Of a stretch of 64,000 nt of DNA, positions 51,886 to 63,421 are shown in pieces. The notes beneath the pieces were generated by a model. It made no database searches. It worked only from the letters and a program-made list of their open reading frames with translations, and was not told the origin of the DNA. Both the position numbers and the translations under genes were made by a program. The stretch lies in NCBI RefSeq assembly GCF_003334305.1, contig NZ_QOWS01000009.1, one strand, 5' to 3'. Position 1 is the first letter of the stretch, and each line of letters opens with the position of its first letter. Source of the DNA: Escherichia coli (lineage in GTDB: Bacteria; Pseudomonadota; Gammaproteobacteria; Enterobacterales; Enterobacteriaceae).

Positions 51886-53223
51886 ATGAGTCAACAACAC
51901 ACAACCCAGGCTTCTGGCCAGGGGATGCTGGAACGCGTGTTTAAACTGCGCGAACATGGCACGACGGCACGGACCGAAGTGATCGCCGGTTTTACCACCT
52001 TCCTGACGATGGTTTACATCGTTTTTGTTAACCCGCAAATTCTTGGCGTTGCTGGCATGGATACCAGCGCCGTCTTCGTCACTACCTGTCTGATCGCTGC
52101 ATTCGGCAGTATTATGATGGGACTGTTTGCTAACCTGCCAGTTGCACTGGCACCCGCTATGGGCCTGAATGCGTTCTTCGCTTTTGTCGTTGTACAGGCG
52201 ATGGGCTTGCCGTGGCAGGTCGGGATGGGCGCAATCTTCTGGGGCGCGATAGGTCTGCTGTTACTGACGATTTTCCGCGTTCGCTACTGGATGATTGCCA
52301 ACATTCCGGTGAGTCTGCGTGTGGGTATTACCAGCGGTATCGGTCTGTTCATTGGCATGATGGGGCTGAAAAACGCAGGTGTGATTGTCGCTAACCCGGA
52401 AACGCTGGTGAGCATCGGTAATCTGACTTCTCACAGCGTACTTCTGGGTATCCTCGGCTTCTTCATCATTGCTATTCTGGCCTCGCGCAACATTCACGCA
52501 GCGGTGCTGGTTTCTATCGTGGTGACGACGCTGCTGGGCTGGATGCTGGGTGATGTGCACTACAATGGCATCGTTTCTGCGCCGCCGAGCGTAATGACAG
52601 TTGTGGGTCATGTAGATTTAGCCGGGTCGTTTAACCTCGGGCTGGCAGGGGTGATTTTCTCTTTCATGCTGGTCAACCTGTTTGACTCCTCCGGTACGCT
52701 GATTGGCGTGACCGATAAAGCAGGCCTGGCGGATGAGAAGGGTAAATTCCCGCGCATGAAGCAGGCGCTGTATGTCGACAGTATCTCTTCCGTGACCGGT
52801 TCGTTTATCGGTACTTCTTCCGTTACGGCTTATATTGAGTCCTCTTCCGGCGTATCGGTTGGCGGTCGTACCGGTCTGACGGCAGTGGTTGTTGGTCTGC
52901 TGTTCCTGCTGGTTATCTTTCTGTCGCCGCTGGCGGGGATGGTGCCAGGCTACGCTGCAGCTGGTGCGCTGATTTACGTTGGCGTGCTGATGACTTCCAG
53001 TCTGGCACGCGTGAACTGGCAGGATCTTACTGAATCTGTTCCGGCGTTTATTACCGCCGTGATGATGCCGTTCAGCTTCTCGATTACCGAAGGTATCGCG
53101 CTGGGCTTTATCTCCTACTGCGTGATGAAAATCGGTACCGGACGTCTGCGTGATCTAAGCCCGTGCGTAATCATCGTTGCGCTGCTGTTTATCCTGAAGA
53201 TTGTCTTTATCGACGCTCACTAA
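51886..53223 (+). CDS. adeP: Adenine permease AdeP/YieG (NCS2/AzgA family, 445 aa)
   Basis: Polytopic transporter ORF; conserved position. Confidence 0.9.
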   Translation: MSQQHTTQASGQGMLERVFKLREHGTTARTEVIAGFTTFLTMVYIVFVNPQILGVAGMDTSAVFVTTCLIAAFGSIMMGLFANLPVALAPAMGLNAFFAFVVVQAMGLPWQVGMGAIFWGAIGLLLLTIFRVRYWMIANIPVSLRVGITSGIGLFIGMMGLKNAGVIVANPETLVSIGNLTSHSVLLGILGFFIIAILASRNIHAAVLVSIVVTTLLGWMLGDVHYNGIVSAPPSVMTVVGHVDLAGSFNLGLAGVIFSFMLVNLFDSSGTLIGVTDKAGLADEKGKFPRMKQALYVDSISSVTGSFIGTSSVTAYIESSSGVSVGGRTGLTAVVVGLLFLLVIFLSPLAGMVPGYAAAGALIYVGVLMTSSLARVNWQDLTESVPAFITAVMMPFSFSITEGIALGFISYCVMKIGTGRLRDLSPCVIIVALLFILKIVFIDAH

Positions 53224-53243
53224 AATCGATAGCGCGTTAAAAA

Positions 53244-53275
53244 CCCGCCATGCATGATTGCTGGCGGGTTTTTTA
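53244..53275. terminator. Bidirectional Rho-independent terminator between convergent adeP and chrR
   Basis: Hairpin CCCGCCA...TGGCGGG flanked by an A-run upstream and T-run downstream. Confidence 0.8.
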
Positions 53276-53276
53276 T

Positions 53277-53843
53277 TTAGATCTTAACTCGCTGAATAAA
53301 CTCACCAAATGCGGTCAATTGCCCGGTCAGGTGGTCCAGCGTACCCTGATCAATCACTTCTCCGGTTTGCGGATCAACTTTGTTCTGAATCACGCCGCCC
53401 ATAAATTCCGGCTTGTTCATCACCATTGCATCGAGGAAAACCAGAATCTGGCGCAGGTGATACTGACAGCGCGCGCCGCCAATCACGCCCATTGAGCTGG
53501 TCTGAATCAACACCGGTTTACCGGCCAGCGGTTGATCCGGCAGGCGGGAAAGCCAGTCGATGGCATTTTTCAGCCCACCCGGTACCGAGTAGTTATATTC
53601 CGGCGTGACGATCACCACACCGTCAGCCTGACGGATCTGTTCCGCCAGAGCTTCAACCGTTGCTGGAAAACCTTCTTCCTGCTGTACCTCAGCGTCATAC
53701 AGGGGAATGTCGGCAATGGAAGGTAACGCATTGACTTCCATGCTCGCCGGAGCAATTTTCGGCAGGGTACGTGCAACCATGCCATTAAATGAGCCTTTGC
53801 GCAGGCTCCCCAGTAACGTAACCACCTGCAATTTTTCAGACAT
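53277..53843 (-). CDS. chrR: NAD(P)H-dependent FMN reductase / chromate reductase ChrR/YieF (188 aa)
   Basis: MSEKLQVVTLLGSLRKGSFN...; flavodoxin-like fold sequence. Confidence 0.92.
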   Translation of the reverse strand: MSEKLQVVTLLGSLRKGSFNGMVARTLPKIAPASMEVNALPSIADIPLYDAEVQQEEGFPATVEALAEQIRQADGVVIVTPEYNYSVPGGLKNAIDWLSRLPDQPLAGKPVLIQTSSMGVIGGARCQYHLRQILVFLDAMVMNKPEFMGGVIQNKVDPQTGEVIDQGTLDHLTGQLTAFGEFIQRVKI

Positions 53844-53864
53844 AATGACTCCTGTGGTTGTCTA

Positions 53865-54626
53865 TCAATTTGGCGAAAAAGACTTCACGGTAGAGAGCTG
53901 GGCAAAACGCATCATCCGGCTGGTAGGATTGTTGGCGCGGCTGTGAATATCCGGCAGGCTTTTCCAGCTGTGTTTGCCATCTAACTCCCAGACACTGAGC
54001 TTTTCAATCGCGGGCGTGACCGCCACGGACCACACTAGCACGTCCTCCGCGTCGCATAACGCTTCTACATGATTTACATGAGCACATTTCAGGCGTCCGG
54101 CAATGGGCAGCAGCTGCAGATCGCGCGGATCGTCATTCAAAACATCACCGGTTAGTTTTAGCACGCTTCGGCGCAGCGTGATGAGCTGCGCCCGCGCTTC
54201 GTTAGGATCGTTTTGTTTACTGATCCATAGCGATTCATTGCTGGAAAAGGTGTGGTTATCGGGCGCGTGTGGGCTATGAAACCCGCGCGTCGCACGCTGT
54301 AGTTCCATATCGAGGCCACATTCACCTTCGGTTGTTAACGCCACGCCAACCATATTCCCGGCATAGGAAATAGAAAACGAAGGCAAATTTTTATCACTGA
54401 AAACCGGTTTACCTTTCGGCAGGGTGACGATTTCCGGCAATTCGCCAATGCCATACAGCATGAACATCAGTTCTGCGAGTAAACCTCTGGACGCCAGAAA
54501 ACGGCTTTGACGATGAGGGGGAATGTTTCGGGCTTCTTGATGACACTGGGAGGGGAGACGAACAGAAATCAGATGTCCTTCCGTTAAAATCCCTCGGGCA
54601 AAGTGAGTCGCCATTTTTCGCTCCAT
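53865..54626 (-). CDS. yieE: Putative 4'-phosphopantetheinyl transferase YieE (ORF 253 aa; start may be a few codons internal)
   Basis: Conserved position; PPTase-like sequence. Confidence 0.8.
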   Translation of the reverse strand: MERKMATHFARGILTEGHLISVRLPSQCHQEARNIPPHRQSRFLASRGLLAELMFMLYGIGELPEIVTLPKGKPVFSDKNLPSFSISYAGNMVGVALTTEGECGLDMELQRATRGFHSPHAPDNHTFSSNESLWISKQNDPNEARAQLITLRRSVLKLTGDVLNDDPRDLQLLPIAGRLKCAHVNHVEALCDAEDVLVWSVAVTPAIEKLSVWELDGKHSWKSLPDIHSRANNPTSRMMRFAQLSTVKSFSPN

Positions 54627-54770
54627 GCTTAATGGTCCATTATGAATATAAGAGTAATCATTTACTGGAATGATGGACAGACTAAAGCGGCTAAAAGTTC
54701 GATTCAGACAAGCTTATTACAACTTTTTTACATTTTATTGTGAAATTGGGTCGCGTTTCATACGATTCGG

Positions 54771-55730
54771 TTATGCCATCGACGCGTAAAGGTTTTTAAT
54801 GGTTTCCCGTAACCAGACGATCTTCGGATTATGGCTGTTCCATTTATGCCACAGCAGGGTAAAAGGAACTTCCAGCTTTTTTTGCTGGCTTTCGTCAAAC
54901 GGGAGAGGAAGAGCAACCAACGGCAGTTGATGGAGTTGATTGTAGTACTGACAGTAGCGCGGCGCGGTCGCCAGTAGCAGATTGTCGGGTTGCGCTGCCA
55001 TAAACAGTGACTGCTCAAATTCCGGCAGGCTCATAGCAATCGTGCGTTCGCGCCCCAGCTCCTGTAACACATTGTCCAGCGCCCAGGTGTCGCTCTGTTC
55101 CCAGCAAATGCTGATATGCGGATAACGTAAAAAGGTGTCCAGATTCCACGTTTCATGCAGTGCCGGATGATCTTTGCGTAACCAGACGCAGGGTACATCA
55201 CTAAACAGCACTTCATAATCAATGGCTAACGGTAGCGAGCTTAACAGCTCCCGCGAGCGAGGATGGCTTTCGCGACCGGAAAAACCAATATCCACTTCAC
55301 CACGAGTAATGGCATCTAAGGAATCGTAATCCCAGTTACGTAGTTTGATGGTCGCCTGCGGGTAACGTTGGTAGATCCGTTTCGACAGCGCATTAAGCAT
55401 GATCATCATCAGCGGCGATTCCGCCGCCAACTCAAACTTCAGGCCGCGCGGTGTCTGGTGGTGCGGTTTATCCAGCAGCAGATTGCTCATTTGCATCCAT
55501 TCCGCCAGATTTTGCTCCATGCTGACCATTAGCGGTGTGGGCGACAGCCCCAGCGGTGAGTTCACAAAGAGCGGGTCGTCAAACCACGCTCTTAACTTTG
55601 CCAGCGACTTACTCACCGCTGAAGGGGTCACGTTCATCCGCTTCGCCGCTTTGGTCACGCTGCGCTCCTGCATCAGCAGTTGCAGACAGAGCAGCAGATT
55701 GAGATCAAGCGTGGTGATGGATTTCTTCAT
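54771..55730 (-). CDS. yidZ: LysR-family transcriptional regulator YidZ (319 aa)
   Basis: N-terminal LysR HTH ([25 protein letters not shown]). Confidence 0.88.
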   Translation of the reverse strand: MKKSITTLDLNLLLCLQLLMQERSVTKAAKRMNVTPSAVSKSLAKLRAWFDDPLFVNSPLGLSPTPLMVSMEQNLAEWMQMSNLLLDKPHHQTPRGLKFELAAESPLMMIMLNALSKRIYQRYPQATIKLRNWDYDSLDAITRGEVDIGFSGRESHPRSRELLSSLPLAIDYEVLFSDVPCVWLRKDHPALHETWNLDTFLRYPHISICWEQSDTWALDNVLQELGRERTIAMSLPEFEQSLFMAAQPDNLLLATAPRYCQYYNQLHQLPLVALPLPFDESQQKKLEVPFTLLWHKWNSHNPKIVWLRETIKNLYASMA

Positions 55731-56880
55731 GAGCGGCAACGGGGCGTCCAGGCGCGACGAACATAATCAGTAACAGGCTCACTATGCTACAGGCAATCAG
55801 AATCCCGATCAGCATATTCCATGCGCCGATACCAACCACCGCTGCCAGCCAAATCCACAGTGACGAACCGCAAACCTGCGCAATACCTAAGGTCGAGCTG
55901 GCTACGCCCGCGCGTAATGAAAATGGTCCTAACGCCTGACTCATCGCTACGCCAAAACCTACCGAGAAACCGGCGCAAATCAGCGTGATACCAAACAGAG
56001 AAACCGCATGGGAAGGTGAAACGGCAAGGGTGATCCCCGCCGCAAGGAATAACACCTGCGAGGTGATCATCAACGTACGTGGCTTAAAAATTCCCAGCGC
56101 AAATGGCGTGGAGAATGAAACGGTCATGCTGACGCCAGCGGTCAACGCCATAATGGTGGCGTATTCTCCGCGCTCAAAACCCATGATTTCCATCAGCAAT
56201 ACCGGCGATGTATTGACGAAAGTGAGGATCACCGAAACGCTGAGGGTGGTGATAACAACACGGCTGAGGAAAAACCGATTAAGCAGCGACTCGCTATTTT
56301 CTCGTGGTTTGTCCGAAGCAGCGGGGGACGCTGGGCGCGTTTCTTTTAAAATAAACAAAGATAACATCAGTACCGCGATGCCCATCATTGCCATCGTCCA
56401 GAACAGACTCTGCCAAGGGAATTTAAGCATAATCAGGTGTCCGAGCACCGGCGCTAACACCGGAATGATGCAGGTAATACCGTTGAGTAACGACAGCACT
56501 TTAGCCCGACGTCGATCATCCAGCGTGTCGCGCAAAATGGCGAACGCCACCACGTAACAACAGCCTGCGCCCAACCCCTGTAGAAAGCGCCCTGCAAGAA
56601 ATAACGTGCTGGTTTCAGCCAGTGAACAGAACACCGAAGCGATAATAAATAGCGCCGCGCCGGGGATGGCGACAGGCTTTCTCCCTGAACGATCGGCCAC
56701 TTTACCGGCAAATAACATCGCAGCTGCCATGCCCGCCAGATAAACGGAGAACGCAATATGCAACTGCGCTTCGCTGGCATTGAGATCGGCGGCGATGCGC
56801 GGTAAACCAACGAGGTACATATCAATCCCGGCGGGATAAAGTAAAACCAGGGCAAAACTACAAATTAAAAAGCGGGACAT
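55705..56880 (-). CDS. mdtL: MFS multidrug efflux transporter MdtL (391 aa)
   Basis: 12-[42 protein letters not shown]... Confidence 0.92.
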   Translation of the reverse strand: MSRFLICSFALVLLYPAGIDMYLVGLPRIAADLNASEAQLHIAFSVYLAGMAAAMLFAGKVADRSGRKPVAIPGAALFIIASVFCSLAETSTLFLAGRFLQGLGAGCCYVVAFAILRDTLDDRRRAKVLSLLNGITCIIPVLAPVLGHLIMLKFPWQSLFWTMAMMGIAVLMLSLFILKETRPASPAASDKPRENSESLLNRFFLSRVVITTLSVSVILTFVNTSPVLLMEIMGFERGEYATIMALTAGVSMTVSFSTPFALGIFKPRTLMITSQVLFLAAGITLAVSPSHAVSLFGITLICAGFSVGFGVAMSQALGPFSLRAGVASSTLGIAQVCGSSLWIWLAAVVGIGAWNMLIGILIACSIVSLLLIMFVAPGRPVAAHEEIHHHA

Positions 56881-56976
56881 GGGCTAAAGCGTCCTGATAG
56901 TAAGGTGACGCAAAGCATACGTGGTGAAGGAGAATCAGGCGAGTTGCCATTTGGACATAAGTGATTTCCTGAGAGG

Positions 56977-57005
56977 CAAGAAGCCAGCGAATGGCTGGCT
57001 TCTTG
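56977..57005 (-). terminator. Hairpin downstream of tnaB (CAAGAAGCCAGC...GCTGGCTTCTTG); weak U-tract
   Basis: 12-bp inverted repeat 7 bp past the tnaB stop. Confidence 0.45.
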
Positions 57006-57011
57006 AAGGAT

Positions 57012-58259
57012 TTAGCCAAATTTAGGTAACACGTTAAAGACGTTGCCGAACCAGCACAAAATCACGGTTATACCAAAGAGAATGACAATCGCCGGAATAA
57101 GATTGCCGCCCCAGACCGTGAACATCTGATTGGGAAACTTCTTGCGAGCTTTGATTGCAAGCACTGCGGGAATAATGACCGCCCAGATGGTGGCGCACAG
57201 CCCGGCACCGCCGATCCCGTAAATAAAGCCGTTCGGGAAGATCAGATACAACAACGCAGGTGGCAGGAAGGTTAACAGCACGGTTTTGAAACGCCCGCCG
57301 TGGGAGTTATCAATCTTAAACAGGTCCGCCAGATAATCGAACAACCCCAGCGTGACACCAAAGAACGAACTGGCAACAGCTAAGTTAGAGAACACCAGCA
57401 GGCAAAACTCGATAATGCCGTGCTGTTTGGTGCCGAGGAACGATTTCACCAGCGAATCAACGTTGCCGCCTGAGGAGATTATCGCCTTAAAGCTTTCGCG
57501 CGGAATATTCCCCATCGTGCAATAGAGCCAGAAGAGATAAATCACCAGCGCCAGCAGCGAACCAAATACCACGCTTTTGATTAACTTATCTTTGCGTTTT
57601 CCATAGCAAATAATCAGGCTGGGAATATTGCCGTGGAAACCAAATGACGCCAGACACACCGGCAAAGCCATAAAGATATACGGGAAGTAAGACGTTCCCG
57701 CAGTGGTGCTGGTGGCATCGCGCAGGATGGAGTAATCGACCTGGAAGAAGAAAGAACCAAACACGATCACAAAGGAGATAATCTTCAGCCCGAGGAACAA
57801 TGAGGTAATGCGACTGGCGGCTAACGAACTTATCCACAATACGCTGGCAACGAAAATGGCTGTGCAGATCCCGACAATACGTGGATTAGCGTGATAGCCC
57901 AAATTCATTGATATCGTTTCACTAATGATCGCACCATTAGCAGAGATATAGGCATAAGTGAGGATATAGAGAACGAAGGCAACGGTAATACCGCTGATAA
58001 TGTTCCAGGTGTTACCGATTAAATCTTTGGTGATGGTGTTAAAACTGGAGCCGACAGGATAATTTAAATTTGCTTCTAATAACAATAACCCGGAATGAAG
58101 CATTGAAAACCAGGCAATGATAAGGATAAAGGCACCCCAGAAAAACCAGGCACCGGCAAGATCAACAGGTAAAGCAAACATACCTCCACCAATTACTGTA
58201 CCTGCTATAACCATAACACCCCAAAATGCAGAGTGCTTTTTTTCAGCTTGATCAGTCAT
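57012..58259 (-). CDS. tnaB: Low-affinity tryptophan permease TnaB (415 aa)
   Basis: Aromatic amino acid permease family; follows tnaA. Confidence 0.95.
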   Translation of the reverse strand: MTDQAEKKHSAFWGVMVIAGTVIGGGMFALPVDLAGAWFFWGAFILIIAWFSMLHSGLLLLEANLNYPVGSSFNTITKDLIGNTWNIISGITVAFVLYILTYAYISANGAIISETISMNLGYHANPRIVGICTAIFVASVLWISSLAASRITSLFLGLKIISFVIVFGSFFFQVDYSILRDATSTTAGTSYFPYIFMALPVCLASFGFHGNIPSLIICYGKRKDKLIKSVVFGSLLALVIYLFWLYCTMGNIPRESFKAIISSGGNVDSLVKSFLGTKQHGIIEFCLLVFSNLAVASSFFGVTLGLFDYLADLFKIDNSHGGRFKTVLLTFLPPALLYLIFPNGFIYGIGGAGLCATIWAVIIPAVLAIKARKKFPNQMFTVWGGNLIPAIVILFGITVILCWFGNVFNVLPKFG

Positions 58260-58349
58260 GATGCCACCTTTAGAGGAAGGCTATTTTTGTTATTGAGGAT
58301 GTAGGGTAAGAGAGTGGCTAACATCCTTATAGCCACTCTGTAGTATTAA

Positions 58350-59765
58350 TTAAACTTCTTTCAGTTTTGCGGTGAAGTGACGCAATACTTTTGGTTCGTA
58401 GGTAAAGGTTAATCCTTTAATATTCGCCGCGTTCTCTTTCACATGTTTAAAGGCTTCAATAATGAAGTCCATATGTGTTTGAGTATATGTTGCGCGCGGA
58501 ATGGTTAAACGCAGCAGTTCAGCCGGGCATGGCAGTTGTTTACCGGTTTTCGGATCGCGGCCTAACAGGAAAGAGCCAATTTCTACCGCACGGATACCGG
58601 CGACTTTATACAGCTCGCACGCCAGCGCCTGTGCCGGGAACTGGTCTGCCGGGATATGCGGCAGCAGTTTACCGGCATCAACGAATGCCGCGTGACCGCC
58701 CGCCTGCTGGCAGACAACGCCAATCTCTTCCAGACCATCGACCAGATACTGTACCTGCGCGATACGATAAGCCAGCCAGTCGAGATTCATGCCGTCATAC
58801 AGACCTACCGCCAGACGCTCCATCGCGCCGCCTTCCAGGCCGCCATATGTCGGGAACCCTTCCTGCACCACGCAAAGGGTTCTGCACTCGGTGTACACAT
58901 CAAAGAAGCTGTCGTCTTTCATGCACAGCAAGCCGCCCATCGGTACCATCGCATCTTTCTTGGCGGACATCGCCAGCATATCGGCATATTTGTAGGTTTC
59001 GCGGGTGATCTGCTCGATGGTCCAGTCTTTGTATTCTGCTTCACGCTGCTTGATGAAATAGGCGTTTTCAGCAAAGCGTGCGGAGTCCATTACCACCGGA
59101 ATATCGTATTTCTTCGCGATGCTGTACATCGCTTTTAAGTTTGCCAGTGAAACCGGCTGACCACCTGCAGAGTTACTGGTGATGGTTGCAACGATATACG
59201 GCACGTTATTCGGGCCAACTTCTTCAATACCGCGTTCTAATCCCTCAAGGTCAAAGTTACCTTTAAAGTCGTAACGCACGCCAGTATCGAAGGCTTCTTT
59301 GATATAGACGTTACGCACGGTACAGCCGTTAATCTGGCTATGGCCCTGCGTGGTATCAAAGAAATAGTTAGAGAATGCCACCATTTTGCTGCGATCCAGG
59401 CCTTTTTCCTGCTCGCGTTTTTTAATCAGTACCGGAATATAAATTTGCTCTGCGCCACGGCCCTGGTGAGTCGGAATGGTGTATTGATAACCAAAGATAT
59501 TTTTCACTGACTCGGCTAACGCATAGTAGCTGCGGCTGCCGCTGTAGGCTTCGTCGCCGCGCATCATCGCGGCCTGCATACTCTGCGTCACCGCCCCGGT
59601 GCCGCTGTCGGTCAGTAAATCGATAAACACATCTTCGCTATCCAGCAGGAATGGGTTCATACCGGATTTAATAATTGCCTCTTCACGATAAGCGCGAGTG
59701 GTACGTTTTACTGGCTCAATAACACGAATGCGGAACGGCTCAGGGAGATGTTTAAAGTTTTCCAT
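58350..59765 (-). CDS. tnaA: Tryptophanase (tryptophan indole-lyase) TnaA (471 aa)
   Basis: [32 protein letters not shown]...; start placed 5 codons inside the ORF-track ORF. Confidence 0.96.
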
Positions 59766-59985
59766 TACATAATCCTTCATTTATTTTAATTACAGTGATC
59801 CCTGTGAATATTACATCTGCAATATCCATTAATTCGCCATGTATATATACAAGCACCATCATTTACTAAAATAAGTAAATAAACGAGAGATGGCCTTTGC
59901 AAAAGGCAAAATTAAGATATAGCAAACTAATCGTTCACATTGAATCTAATCGGTTTGGCTCTGGTGATGGCTACAGAAGGGTAAA

Positions 59986-60060
59986 TTAAGGGCGGTGATC
60001 GACAATCTTATTATCGATATTGAACCATTTTGAGGTCACACATATATGTAAGATATTCAT
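59986..60060 (-). CDS. tnaC: tna operon leader peptide TnaC (24 aa, MNILHICVTSKWFNIDNKIVDHRP)
   Basis: Reverse complement of 59986-60060 translates to the 24-residue leader with Trp12 and C-terminal Pro24 followed by a stop. Absent from the ORF track because it is under 60 aa. Confidence 0.93.
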   Translation of the reverse strand: MNILHICVTSKWFNIDNKIVDHRP

Positions 60061-60135
60061 AATGCACTTATCCTCGAAAGACACGAGGCTACAGTATAAT
60101 ACTCAAGAATTTTGTCTATTCTAAAATTGTTTAAA

Positions 60136-60151
60136 TGTGAATCGAATCACA
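60136..60151. promoter_or_regulatory. CRP binding site of the tna promoter (TGTGAatcgaaTCACA, perfect half-sites)
   Basis: Perfect CRP consensus centred about 61 bp upstream of the predicted tna transcription start; minus-strand -10 region near 60093-60100. Confidence 0.8.
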
Positions 60152-60302
60152 ATCGTTCGGGGAGCAATATTAAATGCTTTTTTTTAAGATTATAAATTAC
60201 GTAAGAATTTTAATGTTTAAAAAAAGGGTTGAGGAATAACAGGAGTGCTAACAATGAAGCGAAGCCGCATCTGACAGTCAGAATACGGCTTCGTAAGCGC
60301 GG

Positions 60303-61667
60303 TTACTTACCAATACAGAAGCTGGAGAAAATCCGCCCCAGCAGGTCGTCTGAAGTAAATTCCCCGGTGATTTCGCTTAAGTTCTGCTGTGCCAGACGCA
60401 ACTCTTCCGCCAGCAGTTCACCTGCCCAGGCACCTAACAGTTGCGCTTTACCTTGCTGCAAATGCTCTGCCGCCTGTTCCAGCGCCTGTAGGTGGCGACG
60501 GCGCGCCAGGAAGCCGCCTTCCATGTTGGTGTCAAAGCCCATGCTCTGTTTGAGATGGTTACGCAGCACATCCACACCTTCACCAGTCCTTGCCGAGAGA
60601 CGAATTAACGCGTGACCGTTCACTTCACTCATTCCCAGCGTTTCGCCGGTGATATCGGCTTTATTGCGCACCACGGTGATCGGCAGTTTCGCTGGCAGAC
60701 GGGCGATAAATTCCGGCCAGATCTCTGCCGGATCAACGGCGTCTGTCGTGGTGCCATCGACCATAAACAGCACGCGGTCGGCCTGTTCAATTTCCTGCCA
60801 CGCGCGCTCGATACCAATACGTTCCACTTCGTCACTGGCTTCACGTAGCCCAGCGGTATCGATGATATGCAGCGGCATTCCGTCAATGTGGATATGCTCA
60901 CGCAGCACGTCACGTGTGGTTCCGGCGATATCAGTTACGATTGCTGCTTCACGGCCCGCCAGCGCGTTTAACAGGCTCGATTTACCGGCGTTAGGACGTC
61001 CGGCAATCACCACCTTCATCCCTTCGCGCAACAAACTACCCTGACGTGCTTCAGCACGCACTGCATCGAGATCGGCAATCACGTCATTAAGCTGGGCTTC
61101 AATTTTGCCGTCGGAGAGGAAATCGATCTCTTCATCAGGGAAATCAATTGCCGCTTCGACGTAAATGCGCAAGTGGGTGAGGGCTTCCACCAGATGGTTG
61201 ACCCGTGCGGAGAATGCGCCTTGCAGCGAGTTAAGTGCCGAACGGGCCGCCTGTTCCGAACTGGCGTCGATAAGATCGGCAATCGCCTCGGCCTGGGCTA
61301 AGTCGAGTTTATCGTTAAGAAACGCGCGTTCGGAAAACTCACCAGGGCGAGCAATCCGCAGGCCGGGAATGGTCAGAATGCGTTTTAACAGCAGGTCGAG
61401 GATCACCGGACCGCCATGACCTTGCAGTTCCAGCACATCTTCGCCGGTGAACGAGTTCGGGCCAGGGAACCATAGCGCAATCCCCTGATCGAGCACGCTG
61501 CCGTCGGCGTCTTTAAACGGAAGATAATCGGCGTAGCGCGGCTTAGGTAGTTTACCCAGCACGGTTTCGGCAACTTCACGGGCTTTGAAGCCGGAGATGC
61601 GCAGGATGCCAACGCCGCCACGTCCCGGAGGCGTGGCCTGGGCTACGATAGTGTCATTATCGCTCAT
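60303..61667 (-). CDS. mnmE: tRNA modification GTPase MnmE/TrmE (454 aa)
   Basis: G-domain motifs [10 protein letters not shown] and DTAG; C-terminal ...CIGK. Confidence 0.96.
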
Positions 61668-61772
61668 GATGTTCCTGTTGCTTTGTGTGGCGGATGCGCG
61701 GTGCTTATCCGCCCTACGAAAAGAAAAAAGGCGGTCAACTGACCGCCCTTATTTTAGCGAAAACTCACCGAA

Positions 61773-63419
61773 TCAGGATTTTTTCTTCTCGCGGCTATGC
61801 AGGCCACGTTTTTCCAGACCACGGTAAATCAGCTGCTGCTGAATAATGGTTACCAGGTTGCTGACGATATAGTACAGCACCAGACCTGACGGGAACCACA
61901 GGAAGAACACGGTGAAGATGACCGGCATAAAGGTCATGATCTTCTGCTGCATCGGGTCGGTCACTGTGGTCGGCGACATCTTCTGAATGAAGAACATCGT
62001 TACGCCCATCAGGATCGGCAGGATGTAGTACGGGTCCTGTGCCGACAGGTCGTGGATCCACAGTGCAAACGGTGCCTGACGCAGTTCAACGGAACCCATC
62101 AGCATGTAGTACAACGCCAGGAAGATTGGCATCTGGATCAGCAGCGGGAAGCAGCCGCCCAGCGGGTTAACCTTCTCAGCTTTGTACAGCGCCATCATTT
62201 CCTGGCTGATACGCTGTTTGTCATCGCCCAGACGCTCACGCATTGCCTGAATCTTCGGCTGCAGCATACGCATCTTCGCCATGGAGGTGTACTGCGCTTT
62301 GGTCAGCGGGTACATGATGCCACGAACGATAAAGGTGATGATGATAATGGAGAAGCCCCAGTTACCCACAAAGCTATGGATCCATTTCAGCAGTTTGAAC
62401 AGCGGCTGAGAGATGAACCACAACCAACCGTAATCAACGGTCAGATCCAGGTGCGGAGCAACAACTGCCATTTTGTCCTGGATTTCCGGGCCAACCCACA
62501 GGGTGCTGTTCATCGCGCCAGTCTGACCAGGCTGAACCAGTACCGGCTGAGATTTATAGCCGATAGCGGCGATGCCGTTACCCAGATTAGCGGTATAGAA
62601 GTTGTTGGTACCGTCGTTATGCGGGATCCACGCCGTCGCGAAATACTGTTGCAGCATTGCCACCCAACCACCTTTCGAAGAGATGTTCAGGTTTTCGTTA
62701 TCGGCAATGGTATCGAACTTGTATTTCTCGTACTTCTCGTCAGGCGTGGAGTACGCCGCGCCGCGGAAGGTGTGCAGTGCGAAGTTGCTGCTTCCGGTAT
62801 CGAGATGCGGTGGCAGAGTGATGGATTGCTTCAACTGACCAAAGGTGGAGATTTCCAGCGGTTTCTCGCCAGCGTTCTGCACGTTGTAGTTGACGTTGAC
62901 AGCGTAATCACCACGTTTCAGGACAAACGTTTTGGTAAACGTGTTGCCTGCCGCGTCGGTATACGTCATCGGCACCTGCAGTTCGTTTTGACCTTCAGCC
63001 AGCACATAAGCGTCTTTTTCAACGTTATACAGCGGACGCGGGCCGTTAGCCGGGTTATCCGGGCCATCACGACCGGTCAGACCGCTCTGTGCCTGATAAA
63101 TAAACTGCGGTGAAGTTTCCAGCAGCTGGAACGGCTGGGTAGAGTTCAGCTCTTTCGGGTAAGCAGGCAGCAGAGCTTGCTCAACATCACCACCACGGGT
63201 GTTGATGGTCAGATCAAGCACGTCGGTCTTAACCGAGATCAGTTTCCCCTGGCCACTGGCCGGTACGCCCTGGTCGGCGGCGCTACCCGCTGCGGTGGTC
63301 GTTGTCTGCGTGGTCTGTTGGGCCTGAGGTTGCGGGTTTTTATCCTGCTCCCAGGCTTGCCAGATCATGAAAGACACGAACAGCAAAGCGATGACTAAAA
63401 GATTGCGTTGCGAATCCAT
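61773..63419 (-). CDS. yidC: Membrane protein insertase YidC (548 aa)
   Basis: [26 protein letters not shown]...; Oxa1 family. Confidence 0.96.
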   Translation of the reverse strand: MDSQRNLLVIALLFVSFMIWQAWEQDKNPQPQAQQTTQTTTTAAGSAADQGVPASGQGKLISVKTDVLDLTINTRGGDVEQALLPAYPKELNSTQPFQLLETSPQFIYQAQSGLTGRDGPDNPANGPRPLYNVEKDAYVLAEGQNELQVPMTYTDAAGNTFTKTFVLKRGDYAVNVNYNVQNAGEKPLEISTFGQLKQSITLPPHLDTGSSNFALHTFRGAAYSTPDEKYEKYKFDTIADNENLNISSKGGWVAMLQQYFATAWIPHNDGTNNFYTANLGNGIAAIGYKSQPVLVQPGQTGAMNSTLWVGPEIQDKMAVVAPHLDLTVDYGWLWFISQPLFKLLKWIHSFVGNWGFSIIIITFIVRGIMYPLTKAQYTSMAKMRMLQPKIQAMRERLGDDKQRISQEMMALYKAEKVNPLGGCFPLLIQMPIFLALYYMLMGSVELRQAPFALWIHDLSAQDPYYILPILMGVTMFFIQKMSPTTVTDPMQQKIMTFMPVIFTVFFLWFPSGLVLYYIVSNLVTIIQQQLIYRGLEKRGLHSREKKKS

Positions 63420-63421
63420 CG

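Noticed and set aside
58475-59138. Several plus-strand ORFs of 64-177 aa
   Set aside because: All lie within and antisense to tnaA.
62052-63113. 353-aa ORF on the plus strand
   Set aside because: Antisense to yidC; no SD or promoter context; the yidC reading frame is the recognisable protein.
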